Source: Candidatus Stahliibacteriota bacterium (GTDB taxonomy: Bacteria > Hydrothermota > Tepidihabitantia > B3-TA06). From it: a stretch of 64,000 nt of DNA. Where the stretch lies: assembly GCA_004375895.1 (NCBI GenBank), contig SOJW01000069.1:2114-66113 (forward strand), read 5' to 3'. Each line of letters begins with the position of its first letter. Position 1 is the first letter of the stretch. The notes under the pieces were generated by a model. The model saw only the letters and a program-made list of their open reading frames with translations, ran no database searches and was not told the DNA's origin. Made by a program: the position numbers and the translations under genes. Of the stretch, positions 20,133 through 30,326 are shown piece after piece.

Positions 20133-20361
20133 TGGATGTCATCATCCTTCTATTCCCGGCAATCTCGAGACGAGTGAGACATACGAAAGTTTGATTCTAC
20201 GAATATCTTCAACAAAGCCAGTTTACATTAAGATGGCATAACGAGGCCGCCTTTGATTCTTGTGACCAAGCGAAGGGCGACTTTCGGGTAATTTTTTTAC
20301 GCATTAAGTTTATTTTGTTTCGGGCTTGACAACCTCTTGACAATCCGTATATTCTTCCTTA

Positions 20362-21153
20362 ATGGGCGGAAACGAAAAAAACAGGATGCGTGTCTCCCGG
20401 GTGACTAAAGACGTAATCCCCCCGATACTGGTGTGCATTGCCGTGCTCGGCCTGTGGGAGCTTATCGTGCGTGTAGCCCACGTGCCCAACTACCTCCTGC
20501 CCGCACCTTCGCAGATCTTTGCCGAGATCGTCAAGACCATCCTGCCGCTGTTAAAGGATACGGCGGTCACCATGCTGGAGTCGGTGCTTGGCTTCATAGT
20601 CGGCTCCGGGCTGGCCGTCGGGGTGTCGGTGATATTCACTCATTCCAAACTCATGGAGCGCTCGTTCTACCCCTACGCGATCGCACTCAAAACCATCCCC
20701 ATCATCGCCATCGCGCCCTTGCTGATCCTGTGGTTCGGCAACGGTATCCCGGCCAAGGTGGTGATGGCGGCGCTCATCTGTTTCTTCCCGGTGATCGTGA
20801 ACACCACCAAGGGCCTGCAGTCGGTCTCGCCCGCCGCACTCGACCTGTTCGGCTCTCTCTCCGCCTCCCGCTGGCAGGTGCTTTGGAAACTGCGCTTCCC
20901 CATGGCACTACCCTACATCTTCTCGGCGTTAAAAATCTCCGCCACCCTGGCCGTAATCGGCGCCATCGTCGGGGAGATGGCAGGGGCAAACATAGGTTTG
21001 GGATATACGATCTTGATCGCATCCTATTATATTGATACAAACATGCTCTTTGCTGCTATTGTCCTTGCTTCCCTAGTTGGGGTAGCATTCTTTGGTCTTG
21101 TAGCATTAATTGAAAAACGTGCCTTGTACTGGCATGACGCGACTCTCGCATGA
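20362..21153 (+). CDS. NitT/TauT-family ABC transporter permease
   Basis: LPAPS, PIIAIAPL, ALPYIFSALK, GAIVGE; multiple TM segments. Confidence 0.93.
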   Translation: MGGNEKNRMRVSRVTKDVIPPILVCIAVLGLWELIVRVAHVPNYLLPAPSQIFAEIVKTILPLLKDTAVTMLESVLGFIVGSGLAVGVSVIFTHSKLMERSFYPYAIALKTIPIIAIAPLLILWFGNGIPAKVVMAALICFFPVIVNTTKGLQSVSPAALDLFGSLSASRWQVLWKLRFPMALPYIFSALKISATLAVIGAIVGEMAGANIGLGYTILIASYYIDTNMLFAAIVLASLVGVAFFGLVALIEKRALYWHDATLA

Positions 21154-21209
21154 CATTAAGCGAACGTCGCGTGACGTAACTGTCGAAATGACAGTAAGGA
21201 GGAGTTAAC

Positions 21210-22193
21210 ATGAAACGTAGAGCTTTGAAAGCCTTAATCGCCGCAGCTCTTGTTGTGGCTTTGCTCCCCACCTTGAACTGCAAAAAAGAACCGGATAAGA
21301 TTTCGGTGCGGCTGAAGTGGACATACGCTGCGGGATTCGCTGGTGATTTGGTTGCCCTCAGAAAAGGAATCTTCGAGAAAAACGGTTTAGAAGTCGAGGT
21401 ACATGAAGGAGGATTCAATCTGTCTCCTATCAAACTTGTGGCTTCTGGAGCGGATGATATTGGACTTGCAGGTGCCGACCAAGTTCTTCTCGCCCGAGCT
21501 GAAGGGCTTCCCCTCGTAGCTATCGCTATTCTATTCCAAACCACTCCGGTAGGTTTTGTTGCCAGAAAAGATTCTGGGATTGAAACACCGCAGGATTTTA
21601 TTGGGCGTAAAGTAGCGATTAGACCAGGGACAGATGCTATGCCGATTTACGAAGCCATGCTGAAAAAACAAGGTATCGATCGTTCTAAGATAGATGAGAT
21701 ACCGGCCCAGTATTCAATGGTGCCCTTTCTAGAAGGTAAAGTAGAGGTATGGCCTACTTACCTGATATATGAACCTGCCCAGTTGGAAAAGATGGGAATC
21801 GAATACAACGTAATCGACCCTAAGGATTACGGTGTTGATACTTATGGAACCTGCTTTTTCACAACCGAGAAGATGATAAAAGAGCATCCCGATGTAGTTG
21901 AGCGCTATCTGAAATCCGTTTTGGAAGGCTATCGCTGGGCACTTGAAAACAAGGATGAAGCTACTCAGATAATTCTATCTTTTAGCGATAAGCTGGATTC
22001 CGCCCAAGAGCGCTACATGTTTGGTAAGATGGATCCCTTTGTATACGGCGAAACGGAAGAACAGATTGGTTGGATGGATAGAGAAAAATGGGAAGCTACA
22101 CAACAAGTTTATCTTGACGTTGGCATGCTAGAGAAGCCTGTTGACCTAGATTCTCTCTACACGACGCAGTTTCTTGAGAAAATCTACAAGTAG
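21210..22193 (+). CDS. NMT1/THI5-like ABC substrate-binding lipoprotein
   Basis: Lipobox-like LNC; RLKW, GIFEKNGLEV, SGIETPQDFIGRKVA. Confidence 0.9.
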   Translation: MKRRALKALIAAALVVALLPTLNCKKEPDKISVRLKWTYAAGFAGDLVALRKGIFEKNGLEVEVHEGGFNLSPIKLVASGADDIGLAGADQVLLARAEGLPLVAIAILFQTTPVGFVARKDSGIETPQDFIGRKVAIRPGTDAMPIYEAMLKKQGIDRSKIDEIPAQYSMVPFLEGKVEVWPTYLIYEPAQLEKMGIEYNVIDPKDYGVDTYGTCFFTTEKMIKEHPDVVERYLKSVLEGYRWALENKDEATQIILSFSDKLDSAQERYMFGKMDPFVYGETEEQIGWMDREKWEATQQVYLDVGMLEKPVDLDSLYTTQFLEKIYK

Positions 22194-22256
22194 GGATAAG
22201 CACGAATGGAGCGCTGACATAGTAGGTTTTTAAACAGATAGGAGAATAGCGATAGT

Positions 22257-23696
22257 ATGAGTGAAGAATTCCCTTTAGCGGTTTCTAAGGCAGATATCTA
22301 TTACGCTTATCCTTTCGTATTGGACTTTCAGCTCCTTAAACATTTTAAAGAAGGGGAGTCCCATTTAAAGTCATGGATAGCCGGGGAAGGGATAGAGAAA
22401 TTTAAAGACTTGAGAGAAGTCTTCCCATTAATGAGCGGGTTGCCTGAAACGAGATTAGGTTTCCCCCCCATTCTGCCCTATCGGGCATTGATCGAAGAAT
22501 TCGGACATTTTAATAAACCTGAAGACCCGAAGAGTGATACAGAAGCTCTATTGACCGTTATGACAAAAGAAGGAGAGGACATTGTTGAAGTTGATAAGAA
22601 TATCCGTGCGAGTAAGACTTTTGTCGTCAAAGAATGTGGGAATGGAGCGTTAACTTATAAACTAACGGTCGAAAGGGAATCGGATTCGCAAAGCGCGATC
22701 GAACTTCTAAATCCAATAATACGATTAGTCCCTAAAGGGGGGAAGCCGGAATTCCGTAAGGAAGAGTCCCTTTTGAGTGGTGGAATCTTCGGCGGCGAAA
22801 GACGTGCTCTGTTTGGACACGTGAGAAGCGAACTCCTCCGCTTGGAGTTTCTTCTGGAGAAATGTTTTGGTAGGGAGAATCCAGAGGGGGAGACTCATGG
22901 AAAAGAACATGTATGGGAAGACCGCGAGGTTCTCTGCATCGAGGACTCTAAAGGAAAGTTGCCATGGGGACTCGATAGACCGTTTGTCCAGCCCTTTGCT
23001 CTCATAGTTCTTTACCTAAAAGGAAAGAAATACAATTATGACTCCGTCCGTAAATTACTAGCTTATCTTAGTGAAGGCAAGGGAAATAACAGGGAAGATC
23101 GTGAGGAGATAGAAGCAATAGCAAAGGCACTCCTGGCAATTGTTTATAGGTTCTGGGAACTCAGCAACTATAGGATGACACCCCTGCAGGGGACACACTT
23201 ACTTAACATGAAGCGTATTCTCACCATCAACGATTACATGACATGCTTTTTCTACCATACAGCTGTTCTAGCTGTGATAGACGATTCTGGGAGGGACGAA
23301 AATGCCGTTAAAGGTAAAAATTTCGTGGAGAAATGCTTCACACCCGTAATCTTGAATTCCGTAGAGAACGCCGTTTCAAGGGCACACTTCGCTTACATAC
23401 TCGATGGACTTCTCGATAAACAGATAAAAGAATTGAGCACTGCGTCTTTCGACCAACTGTCCTTATATTCCCAAAAACTTGCCAAAGCTAAATCCCAAAC
23501 AGCCATGTTCCTGCAGAACATTGGCCAATATATAAAAGGTGGAAACTTAGGATCGGAAATTTTGACTATGCTTGATGATGTTCTAAGAATTGAGGCATTG
23601 GAAAAGAAGTTGCTTGAGAAGATTAGATTGGCGACCGATTCTTTGTTTGACTATACTAGATATAGATTTTCTGAACTCTACGAAGATAAAGACTGA
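22257..23696 (+). CDS. Hypothetical protein (479 aa)
   Basis: Long ORF with SD; YYAYPF near the N-terminus and a helical C-terminal region. Confidence 0.8.
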   Translation: MSEEFPLAVSKADIYYAYPFVLDFQLLKHFKEGESHLKSWIAGEGIEKFKDLREVFPLMSGLPETRLGFPPILPYRALIEEFGHFNKPEDPKSDTEALLTVMTKEGEDIVEVDKNIRASKTFVVKECGNGALTYKLTVERESDSQSAIELLNPIIRLVPKGGKPEFRKEESLLSGGIFGGERRALFGHVRSELLRLEFLLEKCFGRENPEGETHGKEHVWEDREVLCIEDSKGKLPWGLDRPFVQPFALIVLYLKGKKYNYDSVRKLLAYLSEGKGNNREDREEIEAIAKALLAIVYRFWELSNYRMTPLQGTHLLNMKRILTINDYMTCFFYHTAVLAVIDDSGRDENAVKGKNFVEKCFTPVILNSVENAVSRAHFAYILDGLLDKQIKELSTASFDQLSLYSQKLAKAKSQTAMFLQNIGQYIKGGNLGSEILTMLDDVLRIEALEKKLLEKIRLATDSLFDYTRYRFSELYEDKD

Positions 23697-23699
23697 ACG

Positions 23700-24239
23700 G
23701 TGGCAAAAAGCAGGCAACCAAAATCTCTCGCTTCCATCATGAAACGAAGAAGAAATTCTTACCTACGTACCATAGGAGGGATTGTAGCTTCTTCTGGCCT
23801 GGCGAATCAAGAGGACCCTACAATGGACCAGAAGGCTCGAAGAATCGCATATATTCTTCAACAGGAGGAAGAAAAAGTCACAGCTGATCCATCTCTTGAG
23901 TCTATTGAAGAACAAGCACTAGATTCTTTTAAGTACAAATTGATGTTTCGCCCTCAAAAGAATCCCTATTCTGTTATTAAACCAATAGAAATTTTTTTTG
24001 AAATAACAAATATCTTGCCAAAGCTTTTTAAAGCTTTTAGGCTTATAGGCAACAAAATGTCCGATGCGAAGAAGCTTATAGAAAAAATCGCCAGCGTCAA
24101 ACTCTGTTACAGATCCTCTGGGAATGTTTGGGGGATAGTAGAACCTTGCGATTGGGATGCATGGCAAGCTTTTGATAAACTCGAAATATATCTGGATAAT
24201 ATTATAAATAGATTGAAAGAAGAGAAGAAAAAAAAGTAG
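23700..24239 (+). CDS. Hypothetical protein (179 aa)
   Basis: Starts 3 nt after the previous stop. Confidence 0.7.
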   Translation: MAKSRQPKSLASIMKRRRNSYLRTIGGIVASSGLANQEDPTMDQKARRIAYILQQEEEKVTADPSLESIEEQALDSFKYKLMFRPQKNPYSVIKPIEIFFEITNILPKLFKAFRLIGNKMSDAKKLIEKIASVKLCYRSSGNVWGIVEPCDWDAWQAFDKLEIYLDNIINRLKEEKKKK

Positions 24240-24248
24240 AGGTGCCAA

Positions 24249-24590
24249 GTGAGGATCGTTGAGTTCTTGCCTCTCCTGCCTTTGGTTCTTATAGGTATAG
24301 GGGTAATTTTATTCAGAATATTTTGCGAACCTGATGCAGATGGTAGATATGCCTTCCGCAGAGGAATACCACTCTCTTTCACCCCCGCTCTCTATTATGG
24401 GTTGGCTCTTGGTATCCGAGCAGTAGATAAAACCTACCCTATGTTTACACTTTTCGTAAAAGTAATTTTGTTACAGTATCCTATAAATGACTCCACTCAT
24501 CTGGTCGCTTGTATACTTATGCTGATTTCTTGGGTTATGCTTCCTTTAATTACGGCTTTCCTTGTAACTTTAATTAACCGAGTGCTTTAA
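24249..24590 (+). CDS. Small membrane protein
   Basis: SD GAGGTG; three hydrophobic segments. Confidence 0.65.
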   Translation: MRIVEFLPLLPLVLIGIGVILFRIFCEPDADGRYAFRRGIPLSFTPALYYGLALGIRAVDKTYPMFTLFVKVILLQYPINDSTHLVACILMLISWVMLPLITAFLVTLINRVL

Positions 24591-24625
24591 AGGGAACACC
24601 CCAGAAGACACTTTATCGATTTAGC

Positions 24626-25405
24626 CTATGTTGATGGGGGCAGGTCCGATTGAAGTTGCTTTCTCAGCTTCTCCACCCGTTCTAAGAACCCCTTTTGTAC
24701 GCTCGTTTCCCCACTTCGTGGCCGTTTGATAGGAACCGAAACCTCATCTTTAACATTGGCAGGAAGATCTGACAGCACTACCACCCTGTCCGCCAATAGC
24801 ACAGCTTCAGGGATGGAGTGGGTGACTATTACGATGGTTACACCGGTCTCGTGCCACACGCGCAAAAGCTCAAAGTTCATGCGGTCGCGGGTAATCTCGT
24901 CAAGGTCGCCGAACGGCTCGTCCATGAGCAAAACGTCAGGGTTAAAGGTCAGCGCCCTTGCAATGGCCACGCGGGACTGCATCCCGCCGGAGAGCTCGTG
25001 AGGCAGCGCCTTCTCGAATCCGGTAAGTCCAACAAGATCGATAAGCTCCTTGGTGCGGTTTTTGACCGAATCATCCTTGAACACCTCGCCGGGAAGCTGA
25101 ACGTTGGCTTGAACACTACGCCAGGGCAAAAGGGTGGGGTCCTGGAACACGAACCCGAACTTACGCTTCACACGCGCTTCGACCGCGGTGAGGTGGTCAA
25201 TGTGAATAGTGCCCTCGGATGGTTCCAGCAGTCCGCCGATGAGCTTGAGCAGGGTGGTCTTGCCGCAGCCGGACGGGCCGATGAGGGCAACCAGTTCCCC
25301 TTTTTTGATAGTGAGATTGACGTCGCGCAGCGCCTCGACAGGATTGCCTGTAGTGTAGGTTTTGCCCACATGCTGGACGCGGATGATAGGCTGTTTGACG
25401 AACAC
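24626..25405 (-). CDS. NitT/TauT-family ABC transporter ATP-binding protein
   Basis: [31 protein letters not shown]. Confidence 0.95.
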   Translation of the reverse strand: MFVKQPIIRVQHVGKTYTTGNPVEALRDVNLTIKKGELVALIGPSGCGKTTLLKLIGGLLEPSEGTIHIDHLTAVEARVKRKFGFVFQDPTLLPWRSVQANVQLPGEVFKDDSVKNRTKELIDLVGLTGFEKALPHELSGGMQSRVAIARALTFNPDVLLMDEPFGDLDEITRDRMNFELLRVWHETGVTIVIVTHSIPEAVLLADRVVVLSDLPANVKDEVSVPIKRPRSGETSVQKGFLERVEKLRKQLQSDLPPST

Positions 25406-25518
25406 GTCAAGAGTATCCTTAAAAAAGACTTAAAGTCAAGCAGAGCGGGTATAGTCGAGTTGACATCCAATTAAAACGAAATATTATAAGACAGAGTCTT
25501 ACTAAGTAGGAGGTAGAA

Positions 25519-26265
25519 GTGAGTGTTGAAATTATTGTGGCTCTCATAACGGTGGGGGTCACTGGGATATGTGCAATAGGAGGGTATCTCTTTGCCTACT
25601 TTCACAAGCTTCATTTAGCGCAGAGAGAAGATAGGCTAAGATTTATAGCAAGACAAATAGACGAGTTCTATGGCCCTTTGTATGTAATATTAACGTCAAT
25701 AAAGAAGACATTCAACTTGCTAATATCCAAAGCCAAAGAAGACGCTGGGTATAAGGTCGAAGAGGAACCTTCCTCACATGAAATGTCTGAAGCCCTTAGG
25801 CAGAAAATGATTGATCGATTTGTCAAAGAACATCGTCCTAAAAGTGCGGATGAGATTTCAGAGTGGAGACTATGGGTTGAAACAATATCCATGCCTTGGA
25901 GAAGGAAAGTCAAGGATATCCTTCTAAGCAAAGCTCATCTTTTAATAGATGAGGAACTCCCTGAGTGTATCGTAGACTATGTATCATATGTGGGTGAGTG
26001 GGAAGGGATACTTAAAAGATGGGAAATGGGAGATTTTTCCCAAGTACGCTCAGTCTTGTTTAAATACCCGACGGAGTTGCAGAAATACGCTGAAGAGTGC
26101 TATAGGGATTTAAAGAAGAAACAACTTGAACTGCTGGGTGAAAAGGGGATTAGGCCCACTGGGAAAAAGAAAACTTCCGCGTCGGCCTGCGCTGGTGCTA
26201 CTACTTCTCCGGAGAGTTTTAGGCAGGGCTGTTCTATAGGGATGAGACATGCAAGGTTACAGTAG
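25519..26265 (+). CDS. Hypothetical protein with N-terminal TM anchor
   Basis: SD AGGAGG; hydrophobic N-terminus; QIDEFYGPL. Confidence 0.75.
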   Translation: MSVEIIVALITVGVTGICAIGGYLFAYFHKLHLAQREDRLRFIARQIDEFYGPLYVILTSIKKTFNLLISKAKEDAGYKVEEEPSSHEMSEALRQKMIDRFVKEHRPKSADEISEWRLWVETISMPWRRKVKDILLSKAHLLIDEELPECIVDYVSYVGEWEGILKRWEMGDFSQVRSVLFKYPTELQKYAEECYRDLKKKQLELLGEKGIRPTGKKKTSASACAGATTSPESFRQGCSIGMRHARLQ

Positions 26266-26751
26266 CCTTTTGAGAAACGGATTCATAACTTAAGGTGTCC
26301 GGCTGCCAGGTACTCTGTCTTTGAACTTAGATATAAGCGACGGGTTAAGACAAGAGGGAGCATCGGATTGACAGACCGTTATTCTCATTGGCGGACTGCA
26401 TCATTTTTTAGAGATGGATTTACTGGCGAGGTTGATTGGATGAACGAGTATCTTCCCGTAAAGAAATTGCTTCCAATTTCGTTGCGAGTTTTGAGTCCGG
26501 TGGGGAGAGGGACTGAGGGTGCACTTTTGATGCTTGAGGTTAGTTCCGTTCTCTTACACTTTGGTTTCGTTCATCTTCCACAGATCCGCGAGGTGGCAGA
26601 TTTCTTGAGACGTAAGTAGCGTATTTTTCCCCACTGTCCCTTGGCGCATAGGCTCAAACCTCTTGACAAACCCAGAAATAGAACTATAGTTTTAATATGG
26701 AAAAACTATGAAGGATTGATATCGTAAAAATCAAAACAGAAGGAGGCAAAG

Positions 26752-28770
26752 ATGAGAAAAGTTCTTGGTGTAACAGCAATGTGTTTGGTTATAAGTTTAA
26801 CGCAGGCTGCGACCTATACCGTTACCAATACAAAGGATTCCGGCCCCGGCTCATTGCGATGGGCGATAGGCGAGGCGAATGTTGGCTTAGACGATACGAT
26901 CGAGTTCGACATCCCGACCTCTGATCCGGGCTATGATGACTCACTGGGTGTGTGGCGGATCTGGCCCGATTCTTCACTACCGACACTCACTGATTCGGGG
27001 ACCTATATCAATGGTTGGACACAAACCACCAATCAGGGCGATCTCAATCCCTACGGTCCGGAGATTATCATCTGCGGGGACTCCTTGAACTTGGAGGAGA
27101 CACCGGACTCAATTAATGGATTAAGTATCGTATCCTCCTACTGTAAAATCACCTGCCTGACGGTGTGTGGTTTTCCCAAAGATGGAATCCTGATCAATGA
27201 GGATCTCGTACCGCCGGACTCAGCGCCAGCCACTCGCAATGTTGTCCTTGGCTGCTATATCGGCACCGGTCCTCTGGGTGAAATAGCCCACCCCAACGGT
27301 GGTGGAGTTAATATCTTCGGTGGCTGGACTAATGTCATCGGTGGGCCAGACAGCACTCAACGTAACCTTATTTCCGGTAACAACGGCGCAGGCATCCGTA
27401 TCGATGGCGATTCTAATATAGTAATCAACAACTACATCGGCTGTAATCGACAAGGCTCTGGCAGTTTGGGGAATGACTACCATGGAATAAACATTTTCCA
27501 TAGTGCTACACCTGGTCAAGGTTCATATTACGGACGTTCAATTGCCAACAAAATCGGCGGTTGTAGTGCTGACTCCGGCAATGTCATTGTTGCTAATGAG
27601 GGAATAGGGATAGTTGTTTATGGGCTGGGCGCACCGGACAATCGTGTTATGGGCAACTGGATTGGAACCAATCCTGATTTTGATCCAGGTTTAGGTAACA
27701 AAGGCAAAGCGGGAATACACCTGCATTGGATTGAAGGTAATTACGTGGGAGATACTGTTCCCGGCGCAGGCAATGTAATAGTCAGCAACTCTGGAGCAGG
27801 AATCTTGCTTTGGAAGACGGGGAACAATGTCATTCGAGGCAACTGGATAGGCACTGACCCGGACACTAGTCTTCTTCTAGGCAACGGAGAGGACGGCATC
27901 CGTATTGATTATGCAACTTGGGATACACCGTGTGATTCGAATCGCATTGAACGAAACTCCATCTGGTACAACGGTAGGGATGGGGTTCGCATCGAAAGTA
28001 AGGACTCGAGTGGTTTCATCTTCCATAATACCATCGGACCAAGCAATTTTATCTGGAACAACGACAGCAACGGGGTTTTGATTAAAGGTTACTCACATGA
28101 GGATTCGGCCACTTGCGGCAACACGATCACGAAGAATTCGATAACGAACAATGGCCTGAAAGGCATCGAGTTGGATAGCATGGGGAATTGGGAGATCGAA
28201 GCACCAGAGATTGAGACGGTCTCTTGGTCTCCGAATGATTCGATGATGGTAGAAGGAACAGCCCTTCCATTTGCACGAGTCGAGGTTTTTACCGATCCAG
28301 CCGAGGAAGGGAAATGGCCACACTGCTTCACCACAGCGGATGAGGATGGTGATTGGATATTCGTAACCGATTCCCTTATCGGAACCTACGTTACCGCAAC
28401 AACCACCGACACCTTCGGCAATACCTCTGAGTTTTCGGATACATTCCCAAATCCCAGACCTGGGATTGAAGAAGAACCGCCGATTGTTGCTGATCGGGAA
28501 GGCTTCCTGCAAATCCATCCCAACCCCTCCCAGCATGGTGCAGTGATCTTCTACGAACTTCCCAAGGCCGGGAAAATCTCGCTTGCGATCTACGACGCCT
28601 CGGGACGGCTTGTCCGTCTCCTGGTCAACGGGATCGAAACAGCCGGTCGCCACAGGATCAATTGGTCTGGTAAGGATGAAACCGGCCGAGAGGTCACGCC
28701 AGGAGTCTACTTCTGCCGATTGGAGACCGATGGGCAAAGCGTTATCCGAAAACTGATCCTCATCGAGTAA
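26752..28770 (+). CDS. Secreted right-handed beta-helix protein with FlgD/T9SS-type C-terminal domain
   Basis: Signal peptide; TVTNTKDSGPGSLRWAI; GNxIG repeats; IHPNP...IYDASGRLV...GVYFCRL. Confidence 0.9.
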   Translation: MRKVLGVTAMCLVISLTQAATYTVTNTKDSGPGSLRWAIGEANVGLDDTIEFDIPTSDPGYDDSLGVWRIWPDSSLPTLTDSGTYINGWTQTTNQGDLNPYGPEIIICGDSLNLEETPDSINGLSIVSSYCKITCLTVCGFPKDGILINEDLVPPDSAPATRNVVLGCYIGTGPLGEIAHPNGGGVNIFGGWTNVIGGPDSTQRNLISGNNGAGIRIDGDSNIVINNYIGCNRQGSGSLGNDYHGINIFHSATPGQGSYYGRSIANKIGGCSADSGNVIVANEGIGIVVYGLGAPDNRVMGNWIGTNPDFDPGLGNKGKAGIHLHWIEGNYVGDTVPGAGNVIVSNSGAGILLWKTGNNVIRGNWIGTDPDTSLLLGNGEDGIRIDYATWDTPCDSNRIERNSIWYNGRDGVRIESKDSSGFIFHNTIGPSNFIWNNDSNGVLIKGYSHEDSATCGNTITKNSITNNGLKGIELDSMGNWEIEAPEIETVSWSPNDSMMVEGTALPFARVEVFTDPAEEGKWPHCFTTADEDGDWIFVTDSLIGTYVTATTTDTFGNTSEFSDTFPNPRPGIEEEPPIVADREGFLQIHPNPSQHGAVIFYELPKAGKISLAIYDASGRLVRLLVNGIETAGRHRINWSGKDETGREVTPGVYFCRLETDGQSVIRKLILIE

Positions 28771-28829
28771 CCCTTACCTGAACCTTCAGGAACAAAGAGG
28801 GGAGCTCACCCCACCTGGCCATCTTTTCC

Positions 28830-29042
28830 TCAACCTGCTTTGCGTTGTACTCCTCCGCCCCGGAAGGGGAACGCAGGTACTCTTCTAAATACCACTAAAT
28901 ACCACTGAAGTGTTTTATGGTTTTCTGCATTGAGGGAATCGATGAAAGGAATAAAGTGGGGACAGGTGTAAGTTTCATTCCCCCGTTGCCAAGATACCTG
29001 TATTTGATCGTTACCAAGATCGTTGATACGTAGTAAGTTCAT
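28830..29042 (-). pseudogene. Probable N-terminal fragment of a CHAT/TPR-type protein
   Basis: IQVSWQRG...IPF.D.L...LQWYL resembles N-termini of CHAT-TPR proteins; truncated. Confidence 0.4.
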
Positions 29043-29160
29043 ACGCTTCTCTACCGATCTATATCCAAATGGATATTTGAGGAATTCATCCTAGTTTAAG
29101 TTCCCTTACTCGTGCCAGATTCTGTGCCGTCCCCTACCTCAGCACTAGCGCCTTTCTTTT

Positions 29161-29199
29161 TACCCCACACGGCTGCTTCGCACCCGTGCGGGGACCCCG
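29161..29199 (-). repeat. REP-like palindrome, CGGGGTCCCCGC family
   Basis: Hairpin with GCGAAGC-type loop; related to 4006-4044. Confidence 0.7.
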
Positions 29200-29200
29200 G

Positions 29201-29572
29201 CTAGCGAAGTAAAACAGCTTTCCTTGTGATCGTTAAGTCAGCGCTTTCCAACCTTACGAAGTAGACACCTGAGGTGAGGGCGGAATTGAAGTCAACCTTG
29301 CCCGAACCTCTCACATTCATACGCTCGATGCGGCGACATGCCGCGTCGTAGAGGGTGAGGGTGCCGATCTCGCCCTGGGGCAGAGTGTAAGAAACGCAGA
29401 GCGGAGTGCTAATAGAGCTAACGGTGAAGATTAAATCATCAGTCCCTGGTTCCTCTTCAACAGCGTTAGTCCATATCTCCTGGGACAGTTCGTCATCGGC
29501 ATCAGACTCATCAGGGGTCATTACGGTTCGGATGGTTAAGGTTGAGTTTGATGGGAATACGTCTGACTTCAC
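29201..29572 (-). pseudogene. Orphan T9SS-type C-terminal domain fragment
   Basis: LYDAACRRI...SGVYFVRL...RKAVLLR; no N-terminal part. Confidence 0.7.
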
Positions 29573-29594
29573 AAAGGGGCAAGACTGCTGGCTA

Positions 29595-29727
29595 GCGGCT
29601 TCTGGAACTGCGCGCCCTGCGGCAGCCCCGCCTCGCGCCTGTAGGTTAGAGCCACATTCCTACACGCAACTGCGGGATAATGGTCAGTAGCCGTAAGCTT
29701 GACAAGCTCTTTACCCAAGGGTATAGT
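29595..29727 (+). promoter_or_regulatory. Conserved GC-rich element plus TTGACA-N17-TATAGT promoter, copy 1
   Basis: 23-nt core identical to 35316-35338, with the same spacing to the -35 box. Confidence 0.7.
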
Positions 29728-29755
29728 TCGCTATGCCGGACGGAGAGATTGAGCA

Positions 29756-30208
29756 ATGATAACCTCAGAGAACGAACGGTCATTCCAAATCAAACTTATC
29801 GGTTGGTTTAATAAGATACTTAGCCCTGCCAAGCATGTAGCTAACGAGGCGGATGGTGAGATAGGCGTCAGGGTGGGTGAGCGGACTAAATTCCCTGATG
29901 TGATTCTATGGTCGAATAAAGCCCAGGAGATAGCCGTAGCCACGATAGAGCTTAAGGATACCAACACCCCCGTAGACGACCCTGAGTTTCTCAATAACGG
30001 CATATCTAAAGCGAAGTCACTCCAGGCAGAATACTTCGTAACCTGGAATGTCCGTCAAACAATTCTCTGGGACATCTCTGGTGAAAAGCCTCAGCCTTTA
30101 CAAGTTTACCTTCCTCTTCGAACGGTTCGCAGAAAAGTAAGCAATGCAGAGAACTTGCTTGTTATTAAGGAATCGCAAGAATATCAGCGTAACTGGTATT
30201 TTTATTAA
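29756..30208 (+). pseudogene. Truncated restriction endonuclease domain (N-terminus of a type I/IIG-like R-M protein)
   Basis: FPDVILW...IELK...KA...YFVTWN; ends after 150 aa. Confidence 0.65.
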
Positions 30209-30326
30209 CCGTCTCTTCAAAAAGTCGCCAAGTGCTTTCTGGGAATTGTCCAGGTGGGGAATGCCGGGATAAATGCTGATATGGGAATGAGGGAGAGGAT
30301 AACACTCCCTTGGATTTTGAATGCCT

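Noticed and set aside
20140-20360. TPP riboswitch ahead of the THI5-like transporter
   Set aside because: No CTGAGA or ACCTGA..GNTAATNC consensus; the promoter abuts the start codon; the hairpin near 20245-20297 looks like a terminator
26368-26619. 83-aa ORF
   Set aside because: TTG start, no convincing SD or motif; not supportable
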